Under the pieces are notes generated by a model. The model was not told the DNA's origin, made no database searches, and saw only the letters and a list, made by a program, of their open reading frames with translations. Positions 7,937 to 17,228 of a stretch of DNA of 26,551 nt are shown here, one piece after another (position 1 is the first letter of the stretch; every line of letters begins with the position of its first letter). The stretch is taken from positions 1 through 26,551 of the forward strand of contig JBJKPO010000267.1 of assembly GCA_046706235.1 (NCBI GenBank). The letters are read 5' to 3'. This DNA is from Bacillota bacterium. GTDB lineage: Bacteria; Bacillota; UBA4882; UBA8346. Made by a program: the position numbers and the translations under genes.

Positions 7937-9652
7937 ATGACTAAAAAGGTATGGAAAATAACCGAAAATTCACACAACGGCGCGATTAAGTTATCGGAGC
8001 AACTTGGGATTTCCCTTTTGCTTAGCCAGCTGTTAATTAACCGCGGGATTACGGAACCGGATATCGCGAGGGCGTTTTTAACGCCGGATTTGGCACAATT
8101 GCACGACCCGTTTCAATTTAAAGATATGAAACGGGCCAGCGAACGGATTATAAAAGCCATAACCAGCCAGGAACAAGTATTGATATACGGTGATTATGAC
8201 GTGGACGGGATCTGTTCAATTTCATTAATTATCCGGGTCCTGGGTAAATATCTTCCCGGGAAACTATTATATTATATTCCCAAACGTTTGGAAGAGGGTT
8301 ACGGATTGCATCTGAACTCACTGATGAAAGCCGTTTCCAAAGGAGTTAGCTTAGTTATTACTGTTGACTGTGGTATAAGCGCGCTTGAAGAAGCAGAATA
8401 TTTAAAATCCTGCGGGATTGATTTGATTATCACCGATCATCACGAACCGCCGCCGGTTCTACCGGACGCTTATGCAATCATTAACCCCAAGATTACAAGC
8501 TCGGGGTATTATTTCCAGCAACTGGCCGGAGTTGGGGTGGCTTTTAAATTATTACAAGCGCTGGTTACTTATTATCCCGAACTGGAAGAAAAACTATTGG
8601 ATAATATCGATTTGGTAGCCTTCGGAACCGTAGCCGACATAGTGCCTCTATGGGGGGAAAACCGTATTTTGGTTAAATATGGCCTTTCGGCAATGCGGGC
8701 GACTAAAAACCTCGGTTTACAAGCGTTATTGCAAAACGCCGGTTTAAGGGACCGCGAAATTACCACGGGACATATTAGTTTCATTCTGGCGCCTAGAATT
8801 AACGCTGCTGGAAGAATGGGGAACCCCAGCAACGGGGTCAAGCTTTTTATTGCCAATGACCCTTTAATAGCGCTGGACTTGGCCAAAGAGCTGGAAAAAG
8901 AGAATCAGACCCGCCAGGAAATTGAAAATATGGTCTTGCAGGACGCACTGGCTCAAATCCAATCGAATCCCGGGCTGCTGGAGGAGAATGCGCTGGTATT
9001 AACGGGTGAAAAGTGGCACCTTGGCGTAATAGGCATTGTTGCTTCCAAACTAGTCGAAATATATAATAAACCTACTATTTTAATTGGAATGGACGGTGAG
9101 GAAGGCCGGGGATCGGGACGGAGTATTCCCGGTTTTAACCTTTTCAATGCCATCGATGCCTGTGGCCGGTATCTAATCAGGTTTGGAGGGCATGAATTCG
9201 CGGCCGGGATTACCATCGCCCGCCAAAATATCCCTTTATTCAAAAAGGTATTTCTGGAAATCACCAAAGCACGATTATCCAAAGAGGATCTGGCGCCCTT
9301 TCTTAAAGTGGAGAGTTTGGTCGATTCAAACCATCTTACCCTGGAGATGGCGCAAGAATTGGGAAAATTAGCTCCTTGCGGCCCGGCTAATCCTACTCCG
9401 ATTTTAGGTTGCCGGTCGCTTAATTTAATCGAACATAAAAATGTGGGAGAAAACGGCAGGCATATAAAGATTAAAGTGGCCAAAAGCAATAAGGTTTTTG
9501 AGGGTATCGGATTCAACCTGGGATTTATTCAACAGGAATTGGCCGGTACCCGGGAAGTTGATTTGGCTTTTTCGCTGGAGGAAAATACTTGGAACGGTGC
9601 ATCCCAGGTCCAGTTGAATTTAAAGGACATAATCGCGCGGGGGTCAAACTAG
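7937..9652 (+). CDS. recJ: Single-stranded-DNA-specific exonuclease RecJ
   Basis: GDYDVDG, TVDCG, TDHHEP (DHH), GTVADIVPL, APRINAAGR, GGHEFAAG motifs; AAGGAG RBS. Confidence 0.97.
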   Translation: MTKKVWKITENSHNGAIKLSEQLGISLLLSQLLINRGITEPDIARAFLTPDLAQLHDPFQFKDMKRASERIIKAITSQEQVLIYGDYDVDGICSISLIIRVLGKYLPGKLLYYIPKRLEEGYGLHLNSLMKAVSKGVSLVITVDCGISALEEAEYLKSCGIDLIITDHHEPPPVLPDAYAIINPKITSSGYYFQQLAGVGVAFKLLQALVTYYPELEEKLLDNIDLVAFGTVADIVPLWGENRILVKYGLSAMRATKNLGLQALLQNAGLRDREITTGHISFILAPRINAAGRMGNPSNGVKLFIANDPLIALDLAKELEKENQTRQEIENMVLQDALAQIQSNPGLLEENALVLTGEKWHLGVIGIVASKLVEIYNKPTILIGMDGEEGRGSGRSIPGFNLFNAIDACGRYLIRFGGHEFAAGITIARQNIPLFKKVFLEITKARLSKEDLAPFLKVESLVDSNHLTLEMAQELGKLAPCGPANPTPILGCRSLNLIEHKNVGENGRHIKIKVAKSNKVFEGIGFNLGFIQQELAGTREVDLAFSLEENTWNGASQVQLNLKDIIARGSN

Positions 9653-9653
9653 C

Positions 9654-11807
9654 TTGAACGAACAGGTAAACATCGACACGGTATTAAAAAAAATAGGCGA
9701 GACCAAACCAGAGTCTGATTTAACCAAAATCAAAGCGGCATACGTTTTTGCCGCTTTGGCTCACCAAGGTCAGAAACGGGATTCCGGAGAGGATTTTATC
9801 CTTCATCCCCTGGAAGTGGCGTTGATCGTTTATGAACTAGGGATGGATACTACATCGATCATTGCCGCCTTACTGCACGATGTGGTCGAAGATACCGAAA
9901 CCGAAGTGGAACAAATTCGGAAACAATTTGGGAACGATGTGGCGATATTGGTGGACGGCGTAACTAAATTAAGCCGGCTTGCATTTCAAAATAAACAAGA
10001 ACAACAAATGGAAAACTTACGAAAAATGTTTTTGGCCATGACCCAGGATTTGCGGGTCATTATTATTAAATTGGCCGACCGGCTTCATAATATGCGCACC
10101 CTAAAACATCTTCCCGAAGAGAAACAAAAAAGTATCGCCAAGGAGACCCTGGAGATTTACGCCCCTTTAACCCACCGGCTGGGAATGTGGAAGGTCAAAT
10201 GGGAGTTGGAGGATCTGGCGCTTCGTTACTTGGAACCGGAAGCTTATTATTCCCTGGTTAATAAAGTTGCCAAAAAGCGGCAGGAACGCGAAGGTTACAT
10301 TAGCGAGGTAAAACAAACCCTGCAGAGAGCGTTGGTTGAAATTGAAATTAAGGCTGAGGTGCAGGGGCGGCCGAAACATTTTTATAGTATTTATGAAAAA
10401 ATGCAGGATCAAAGCAAAGAGTTCTCCGAGATTTACGACTTAATGGGTTTACGGGTGATTGTATCCACTGTCCAAGATTGTTACGAAGTCCTGGGAATTG
10501 TTCATACGTTATGGAAACCGATTCCGGGCCGTTTTAAAGATTATGTGGCCATGCCCAAGTCCAATATGTATCAATCTTTACACACCACAGTCATCGGGCC
10601 GAACGGGGAACCCCTCGAAATTCAGATTAGAACCTGGGAAATGCACCACACCGCCGAATACGGGATTGCCGCTCACTGGCTTTATAAGGAAAAAGGGCCG
10701 GATGACCGGGAATTGCATGATAAAATTGCCTGGCTACGCCATCTAATCGAATGGCAGGGAGAAATGAAAGATACCGAGGAGTTTATGGAAACCCTGCGGA
10801 TTGGCTTGTTTGTGGATGAGGTTTTTGTCTTTACGCCCAACGGGGATGTTAAGAATTTACCAGCGGGTTCGACATCGGTCGATTTTGCGTACAGTATTCA
10901 TACCACTTTAGGACACCAGTGTACTGGGGCTAAAGTAAATGGTAGGTTGGTCCCGCTTGATTATCAATTAAAAAACGGGGACATTGTTCAGATTATCAGT
11001 TCCAAGCAGAGTTCCGGCCCGAGTAGAGACTGGCTGCAGTTTGTTAAAACATCCAAGGCTAAAAACCGAATCCGGCAATGGATGCGCGAACAGCACCGGG
11101 AGGAAAACATTCAAATCGGCCGTGATCTTATCGAACGCGAGCTCCGCAAACACGGTTACGAAATTCATGAAAATTTACGCATGGAAGTAATGCTGGAAGT
11201 GGCGAAAAAGCTGGGGTTTAGTAATGTTCCCGATTTGTTTGCCGCGGTTGGCGATTTAAAGGTCACGCCTAATATGGTGGTGGGAAAGCTCGGCTTGGAA
11301 AAGGATACCGCCAAAGAGATAAAACCGGAAGTGGAGGAAAAACGCCGGATCAGGCGTTCCAGTCAGGGGGTTAAAGTCAAAGGAGTGGAAAATTTATTGG
11401 TTCGTTTCTCGAAATGCTGCAATCCGGTTCCCGGAGATTCGATCATCGGTTTTATTACCCGCGGGAAAGGGGTATCCGTTCATCGCTCCGATTGCCCGAA
11501 TCTGGCCGGGGAAGACCGGGAACGAATTATTGAAGTGGAATGGGATCGGGAGGTAAAGGGCACTTATCCGGTGGATATTGAAATCGAGGGGGCTGATCGG
11601 GTAAATTTGCTAACCGATATCATGAATGCCATTTCCGAAATGAACCTTTATCTGAATGCAGCTAAAGCCCGTACCAAAAAAGGCTCCGCCTTTATCAATC
11701 TCACTTTGGAAATAGCCAATTCCGATCAGATTCAGACCATTTTTAAGCGGGTACGAAAAGTTGACGGAGTTCATCATATTTATCGAGTCAGTCGTCTGGT
11801 AAGATAA
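9654..11807 (+). CDS. rel: Bifunctional (p)ppGpp synthetase/hydrolase Rel (long RSH)
   Basis: HD domain LLHDVVED, synthetase RFKDYVAMPKSNMYQSLHT (RXKD), TGS domain FTPNGD...DFAY, ZFD KCCNPVPGD and a C-terminal ACT domain; TTG start. Confidence 0.97.
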   Translation: MNEQVNIDTVLKKIGETKPESDLTKIKAAYVFAALAHQGQKRDSGEDFILHPLEVALIVYELGMDTTSIIAALLHDVVEDTETEVEQIRKQFGNDVAILVDGVTKLSRLAFQNKQEQQMENLRKMFLAMTQDLRVIIIKLADRLHNMRTLKHLPEEKQKSIAKETLEIYAPLTHRLGMWKVKWELEDLALRYLEPEAYYSLVNKVAKKRQEREGYISEVKQTLQRALVEIEIKAEVQGRPKHFYSIYEKMQDQSKEFSEIYDLMGLRVIVSTVQDCYEVLGIVHTLWKPIPGRFKDYVAMPKSNMYQSLHTTVIGPNGEPLEIQIRTWEMHHTAEYGIAAHWLYKEKGPDDRELHDKIAWLRHLIEWQGEMKDTEEFMETLRIGLFVDEVFVFTPNGDVKNLPAGSTSVDFAYSIHTTLGHQCTGAKVNGRLVPLDYQLKNGDIVQIISSKQSSGPSRDWLQFVKTSKAKNRIRQWMREQHREENIQIGRDLIERELRKHGYEIHENLRMEVMLEVAKKLGFSNVPDLFAAVGDLKVTPNMVVGKLGLEKDTAKEIKPEVEEKRRIRRSSQGVKVKGVENLLVRFSKCCNPVPGDSIIGFITRGKGVSVHRSDCPNLAGEDRERIIEVEWDREVKGTYPVDIEIEGADRVNLLTDIMNAISEMNLYLNAAKARTKKGSAFINLTLEIANSDQIQTIFKRVRKVDGVHHIYRVSRLVR

Positions 11808-11876
11808 GGTTAACAACATCTTTTTCTTGCAAAGCCGCCAAGTTCGCCAAGAAAGTATTAAAGAAGGGGAGAAATA

Positions 11877-12332
11877 ATGCGGGCAGTAGTTCAGCGGGTT
11901 TCCCGCGGTAAAGTAACCGTTTGCGGGGAAACGGAACCGGTTGGAGAAATAGGCTCCGGTTTAGTGGTATTATTGGGAGTCGGCGCCGGGGATTGCGCCG
12001 CCACTTGCGGTTATTTGGCCGAAAAAATTGCTAATTTAAGGATCTTTGGCGATCAAGACGAAAAAATGAATTGTTCCGCCTTGGAACTCGGGTTGCCTTT
12101 ATTGGTGGTTTCTCAATTTACCTTGTATGGGGATTGCCGCAAGGGGCGGCGTCCGGATTTTACCGGCGCGGCGACGCCGGAAATTGCCGAAAATCTTTAC
12201 GAATCTTTTTGCGATGAATTATTAAAACTGGGACTTCAAGTAACTAAAGGACGTTTTCGTAGCCATATGATTGTGGAGATCGTCAATGACGGACCGGTTA
12301 CCGTATTGCTAGACAGTAGTAAACTTTTTTAA
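11877..12332 (+). CDS. dtd: D-aminoacyl-tRNA deacylase
   Basis: [13 protein letters not shown] and NDGPVT (Gly-Pro) motifs. Confidence 0.96.
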   Translation: MRAVVQRVSRGKVTVCGETEPVGEIGSGLVVLLGVGAGDCAATCGYLAEKIANLRIFGDQDEKMNCSALELGLPLLVVSQFTLYGDCRKGRRPDFTGAATPEIAENLYESFCDELLKLGLQVTKGRFRSHMIVEIVNDGPVTVLLDSSKLF

Positions 12333-12401
12333 AACATTCTAAAAAACATTCGCATAACGAGTATGTGTAATTAGTCCCTAACCCGTCCAATGCTGCGCGC
12401 T

Positions 12402-12507
12402 TTAGTAGAATTGTGTTAAACCTATTTTATTGGTTTATGAATATCACAATTCTTATGAAAAAGCGTTGTGGGCTGCTTTTAATTAAGGTTTTTCACAACG
12501 CTTTTAG
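12402..12507 (-). repeat. 106-bp composite palindromic element; its 52-bp hairpin may double as the terminator after dtd
   Basis: 12456-12507 is 46/52 identical to 16713-16764 in the opposite orientation, with stem AAAAGCGTTGTG/CACAACGCTTTT. The far end TTAGTAGAATTGTGTTAAACC matches the repeat family. Confidence 0.7.
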
Positions 12508-12658
12508 AAGCGCGACTTTTGTTGGAAAAGAAATTATTAGATGATCGATAAATTCCTTGTTGGTTCCGGCTTGTCCGGGTTATGTAATCAAAATTTGATA
12601 TTGAGTTGAGATTGACTTAAAGTTTCGAAGATGAAGCTTGTTACCTGGGAGTTAATCA

Positions 12659-13726
12659 ATGCGGCTGCTTTCGCTCGATAATGTTAAAGAAAACATGCAA
12701 ATCGCCCGCACTATTTACGCGGCTGACGGGAATATTTTACTAGCCGAGGGAATGAGTTTAACCGCCGGGTATATTCAACGGTTAAAAGATTTTGGAATAT
12801 CTTCCGTATATATCATGGACCATCAGGTTGGTAAAATTGAAGTGGATGAACTGGTAACGGTTCAAACCAGGATTGAAGCGACTAAATTGATTAAGGAAAC
12901 CATGGTAAAGGTCAAGGAAGGAGCAAATTGGGATGGTGATAAGGTTGGTAAAACAGTCAACATGCTTATGGACGAATTAATCGCCAACCGGAATATTGTT
13001 TACAATTTGGTCGATGTGCGCGCAATGAACGATTATACTTTCGGTCACAGTATTTCGGTTTGTATATTATCATTAATGGTAGGAATCTTTGCGGGTTTTG
13101 GCTACCAGAAATTAAAAGATTTAGGTGTCGGCGCAATTTTGCATGACATCGGCAAAGTATTTGTTTCCGATAAAATATTAAATAAAAATGACAAATTAAC
13201 CCCGGAGGAATTCCGGGAGATTCAGCAACATACGGTTTTAGGATATAAGCTCCTACGCAAAAGTGATTTGATTAACATGGTTTCAGCCCATGTCGCCTGG
13301 CAGCATCATGAAAATTTTGATGGCAGCGGCTATCCCCGCGGACTTAAAGGACGCGAGATACACGAATTTGCCCGAATCGTGGCCTTGGCGGATGTTTTTG
13401 ACGCATTATCAACCGATCGTATTTACCGGAAACGTTTTTTAAACCATGAAGTGATTGAGTACATCCGGGATAAAGGAAAGGCCTGTTTTGATCCGGAGTT
13501 TAACCGGATTTTCCTGCAGCGGATTGCGCCGTTCCCGATTGGCGCCATTGTATTATTAAATACCGGAGAAAAAGCAGTTGTGACTAAAGTTTCAAAAGAA
13601 TTACCGTCCCGTCCACTGGTGAAGGTGATATTCGATAAAGACGGAAATATTGTGTCCGAACCGGTGGACGTTGATTTGGAAAAAGATCTGACCAAATATA
13701 TTATTGAAGGACTAGAGAATGATTGA
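12659..13726 (+). CDS. HD-GYP domain protein (cyclic-dinucleotide phosphodiesterase)
   Basis: YTFGHS, LHDIGK, HHENFDGSGYPRGL, LADVFDAL motifs. Confidence 0.93.
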   Translation: MRLLSLDNVKENMQIARTIYAADGNILLAEGMSLTAGYIQRLKDFGISSVYIMDHQVGKIEVDELVTVQTRIEATKLIKETMVKVKEGANWDGDKVGKTVNMLMDELIANRNIVYNLVDVRAMNDYTFGHSISVCILSLMVGIFAGFGYQKLKDLGVGAILHDIGKVFVSDKILNKNDKLTPEEFREIQQHTVLGYKLLRKSDLINMVSAHVAWQHHENFDGSGYPRGLKGREIHEFARIVALADVFDALSTDRIYRKRFLNHEVIEYIRDKGKACFDPEFNRIFLQRIAPFPIGAIVLLNTGEKAVVTKVSKELPSRPLVKVIFDKDGNIVSEPVDVDLEKDLTKYIIEGLEND

Positions 13727-13870
13727 ATGGTATCCGTATTTTCTGGAAACTTTTAAATAACAGGTTGCGTTTTTAATTTAAGGTGAGTTTTTATTTTTCA
13801 TGGCAATTGAAAGCTACCGGATTCAAACAACCCGGCCGCGCGCGCGCGAATAAACAGGAGGGATTTTCAG

Positions 13871-14446
13871 ATGAACAAGTTATTAAGTTTTTTAGTCATA
13901 TTGGGAGTAATCGTTTTAATATTCCTGATTCCCTTTGGAATGTATATCGGTTATTCCAATAGTGTTAAAGCCTTAAGTATCGATGTGGATAATCAGTTTA
14001 AGCAGGTCGATAATATGTTGTTAAGGCGTCATGACTTGATCCCGAATTTGGTAAATACTGTCAAGGGTTACGCCAAGCATGAAAAAGACGTTTTTACCAA
14101 TTTGAACAACGCCCGCAATCAATTAATGCAAGACAATACCGTGAAGGAAAAGGCGGCGGCGGAGGGCAATTTCGCTACCGCCCTGAGCCGCTTGCTGGTA
14201 GTGGTGGAGAATTATCCCCAATTAAAGGCTGATGCCCAGTTTAGCCGGCTGATGGATGAATTGGCCGGGACCGAGAATCGTTTGGCGGTGGAACGGAAAA
14301 GATATAATGACTTGGTGGGGCAATACAATAAAAAACTTGTGATGTTCCCGGGCAGTATTTTCGCCGGGATGATGGGACTTATGCCTAAGGAATTCTTTAA
14401 TGTCCCTGAAACAGCCAAGGAAAACCCAACGGTTAATTTTGATTAA
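13871..14446 (+). CDS. lemA: LemA family protein
   Basis: N-terminal TM anchor, RRHDLIPNLVNTVKGYAKHE, ENYPQLKAD, ENRLAVERKRYN. Confidence 0.95.
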   Translation: MNKLLSFLVILGVIVLIFLIPFGMYIGYSNSVKALSIDVDNQFKQVDNMLLRRHDLIPNLVNTVKGYAKHEKDVFTNLNNARNQLMQDNTVKEKAAAEGNFATALSRLLVVVENYPQLKADAQFSRLMDELAGTENRLAVERKRYNDLVGQYNKKLVMFPGSIFAGMMGLMPKEFFNVPETAKENPTVNFD

Positions 14447-14501
14447 GTATGATTCTTTTTACATCCAATACTTTGGTGCATAAGCATTGGAGGCGTTCCG
14501 C

Positions 14502-15287
14502 TTGAATAGAAGATTTTGTTTGTTGCGATATGGTCTTTTAGTTGTTATGGAGCTAATCTTGTTGTTTGGCGTTAGTTTTACGGCTTTCGGGCTTAAACCG
14601 TTTCAGGTTAAAGAATATGTTACGGATAACGCCGGTTTGATGCTGATGCCGGAAAAGCAACGAAGCCAGTTATCCAACCTACTCGGCGATTATGCCGAGC
14701 AAACAGGTAATCAGCTCCTGGTGATCACCATCCCCAGTCTGGAAGACGAAGATTTAGTGGGTTTTACAGAGCGGATGTTCGCTTTGAACAAACCCGGCCA
14801 AAAAGGCAAGGATAACGGAATTATTGTACTCATCGCCGCACAGGAACATAAAATTAGAATTGAAGTAGGTTACGGGCTTGAGGGACCAGTGCCCGACGGC
14901 AAGGCGGGCGCGATTATCCGGGAGCAAATTGCCCCTTATTTTAAAGCCGGTGAATATTCATCCGGTATTATAGCCGGTGTTTACGCTTTAATTGCGGCGA
15001 TCTCTCCCGATTACAGCTTACCGGCTGATAAACCGCCTTCAATAACCAACGATGATAAAAAACCGGATTACCTGTCCTTCATTTTTGCATTTCTTTTTCT
15101 TTTTACTCCTATTATTATTAGTTTGATAAATAATCGCCAATCAAAATGGCGCCGTGAAGGAGGTTATAGCGAGTCGGGATTTTTAAGTGATTTCTGGGGT
15201 GATTCCTTTGACGATAGCGGTTCAGACGGTGGATTCAGCGGTGGCGGCGGCGATTTCGGTGGTGGCGGAGCTAGTGGGGATTGGTAA
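14502..15287 (+). CDS. TPM domain membrane protein (YgcG-like), copy A with acidic Gly-rich tail
   Basis: VTDNAG, GQKGKDNG, RIEVGYGLEG, GGGGASGDW. Start placed at TTG 14502 after GGAGG, which matches the N-terminus of copy B. Confidence 0.9.
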   Translation: MNRRFCLLRYGLLVVMELILLFGVSFTAFGLKPFQVKEYVTDNAGLMLMPEKQRSQLSNLLGDYAEQTGNQLLVITIPSLEDEDLVGFTERMFALNKPGQKGKDNGIIVLIAAQEHKIRIEVGYGLEGPVPDGKAGAIIREQIAPYFKAGEYSSGIIAGVYALIAAISPDYSLPADKPPSITNDDKKPDYLSFIFAFLFLFTPIIISLINNRQSKWRREGGYSESGFLSDFWGDSFDDSGSDGGFSGGGGDFGGGGASGDW

Positions 15288-15335
15288 CGGTTAGTTAATA
15301 GTTTTTATGTTTACGAATGAGGAATGGAGGTATGA

Positions 15336-16127
15336 ATGTTACAACGAATTGGTCTATATAGATATTACTTGGTAATAGTACTGGCTTTCATCTTGATATT
15401 TGCCGTAAGTTTTACGGCTTACGGACTTAACCCGTTCCGGATCAATCAATATGTTACCGATAACGCCGGTTTGATGCCGGAAACGGAGCGTAATCAACTT
15501 TCAATCTTGCTTGCTGATTACGCAAAGCAAACCGGCAATCAACTCCTGGTGGTTACCATCCCTGGGTTGGAAGAAGAGGATCTGATTGATTTCACGGAAA
15601 ACTTATTTGCATTAAACAAACCGGGCCAAAAAGGCAAGGATAACGGTCTTATTTTATTAATTGCCTTGCAAGAACGCCAAATTAGAATTGAAGTGGGTTA
15701 CGGGCTTGAGGGGCCTGTGCCGGACGGCAAGGCGGGCGCGATTATCCGGGAACAAATCACTCCTTATTTTAAAGCCGGAGATTATGTTTCGGGAATAAAA
15801 TCAGGAGTTTATGCATTAATTAATACAATCACTCCCGATTATGCCCTACCGGCCAATCAGTTGCCTTCAGTACGGGTTGAGCGCCGGCATAGTCGCGGAT
15901 CGCTTCCCGGTACCTTGATTATCATACTGATTATGATTGTTTTTTCAATCTTTAGCGGTTCCCAAACAAACCGGCGCCGTTATCGCAGGGGCTATAGCCA
16001 ACCATGGTTCTGGGGTGGCGGCGGATTTGGCGGTGGTAGTTCCGGTGGAAGCTCCTTTGGAGGAGGCGGCGGATTTAGCGGCGGTGGCGGCAGTTTTGGA
16101 GGAGGAGGCGCCAGTGGCGGCTGGTAG
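15336..16127 (+). CDS. TPM domain membrane protein (YgcG-like), copy B
   Basis: Same TPM motifs; GGGGFSGGGGSFGGGGASGGW tail; GGAGGT RBS. Confidence 0.92.
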   Translation: MLQRIGLYRYYLVIVLAFILIFAVSFTAYGLNPFRINQYVTDNAGLMPETERNQLSILLADYAKQTGNQLLVVTIPGLEEEDLIDFTENLFALNKPGQKGKDNGLILLIALQERQIRIEVGYGLEGPVPDGKAGAIIREQITPYFKAGDYVSGIKSGVYALINTITPDYALPANQLPSVRVERRHSRGSLPGTLIIILIMIVFSIFSGSQTNRRRYRRGYSQPWFWGGGGFGGGSSGGSSFGGGGGFSGGGGSFGGGGASGGW

Positions 16128-16141
16128 AGGAGGAAGCAAAA

Positions 16142-16591
16142 ATGTTTCAGAACATCCATGCACAAAGGTTTTTTAAATCCCGGGAAAAAGAACGGATTAT
16201 AAATGCCATTCAGCGGGCGGAATTAAGGACTTCCGGCGAGATCCGGGTCCATGTGGAAAGCCGGTGCGGTTCCGATCCGTACTTACGGGCTCAGGAAGTA
16301 TTTAATAAATTAGGGATGACCAAGACTGATCTTCATAATGGGGTCTTGATTTATTTGGCCGTCAAGGACCGCAAGTTTGCGATCATCGGTGATGAGGGCA
16401 TTCATAAAGCGGTGCCGGAAAACTTCTGGGATGAGACTAAAGACCAAATGGAACAACGGTTCCGGTCAGGCCAATTTCAAGAAGGCGTTTGTCTGGGGAT
16501 CGAGTCGGCCGGGATCCATCTCGCTCAATTTTTTCCGCGGCAAGCCGATGATGTGAATGAGTTGCCGGATGATATTTCCGAGGGCAGGTAA
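16142..16591 (+). CDS. Short TPM domain protein
   Basis: AELRTSGEIRVHVE, HNGVLIY, FAIIGDEGI, NELPD; GAGGAGG RBS. Confidence 0.9.
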   Translation: MFQNIHAQRFFKSREKERIINAIQRAELRTSGEIRVHVESRCGSDPYLRAQEVFNKLGMTKTDLHNGVLIYLAVKDRKFAIIGDEGIHKAVPENFWDETKDQMEQRFRSGQFQEGVCLGIESAGIHLAQFFPRQADDVNELPDDISEGR

Positions 16592-16663
16592 GGGAAGTTA
16601 TTTTTATTTAGCGAAATTTTCGGGATAATGTAGTATAATTACAGAAAACAACGTATTTTTTGA

Positions 16664-16692
16664 GAAGGATTTGGCCGATCAATCTAGAATAA
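16664..16692 (+). promoter_or_regulatory. Putative sigma-H promoter
   Basis: GAAGGATTT-N11-CTAGAATAA, one mismatch to RNAGGAWWW-N11-RNNGAATWW. Confidence 0.5.
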
Positions 16693-16712
16693 CGTTATTT
16701 AGTAGAGAGTTA

Positions 16713-16856
16713 CTAAAAGTGTTGTGAGAAATCCTAATTGAAAGCAGCGCACAACGCTTTTTCAAACGCCTCAAATTTTGGAGGCCAAGAATTCACGTTT
16801 AAAAACGCGCGTGATACTCTTTAGTCATTAATTTGGGTTTATCACAATTCTACTAA
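16713..16856 (+). repeat. 144-bp composite element containing the 52-bp hairpin and a 32-bp repeat copy (16821-16852)
   Basis: The start matches the reverse complement of 12456-12507. 16821-16852 is 29/32 identical to the reverse complement of 22812-22843. Confidence 0.72.
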
Positions 16857-16872
16857 TCAAAAAGAGGCTGAT

Positions 16873-17064
16873 ATGGCGAAGCGGGGCGGAAACGAGCAGC
16901 TTCATTTGGAGTTGCAATATGATTATCTAAGACAATTATTGACGGCCAGCGAGGAACCGGCTTGCTACGAAGCCGCCGCCCGGGCATTTCTTGGCGAAGC
17001 TTTGCCGTCAATTGAAAAAAGTCCAGTTTGGGATGAGTTAAGCCGGATGGATTGCTGTCAGTAG
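16873..17064 (+). CDS. Small hypothetical protein, 63 aa
   Basis: AAAGAGG RBS before ATG; no recognised family. Confidence 0.5.
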   Translation: MAKRGGNEQLHLELQYDYLRQLLTASEEPACYEAAARAFLGEALPSIEKSPVWDELSRMDCCQ

Positions 17065-17228
17065 TAATATTCCGGTCCCGGAAGGCTAATATGAAAATTA
17101 AAATCATGTAATATATAAAGGACTGTTCTGCGAAGACGGTCCTTTGTTTATTGTTTAAATATATTAACATATAAACTGATAAGTATGATAATATTAATTT
17201 GTAATTTGTTTAAAAGGGGACGGAATAA

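Noticed and set aside
9654-11807. Unusual Rel variant
   Set aside because: Hydrolase, RXKD synthetase, TGS, ZFD and ACT elements are all present; this is an ordinary bifunctional Rel.
12456-12507. Rex or CRP/FNR operator (TTGTGA...TCACAA half-sites)
   Set aside because: The half-sites are separated by far more than the few nucleotides these regulators require.
12333-12658. c-di-GMP riboswitch upstream of the HD-GYP gene
   Set aside because: No GEMM-type motif arrangement was found by eye; the structure present is explained by the repeat element. An Rfam scan would be decisive.
13837-13848. (CG)6 tract upstream of lemA, with Z-DNA potential
   Set aside because: It is a single 12-bp tract with no supporting context.
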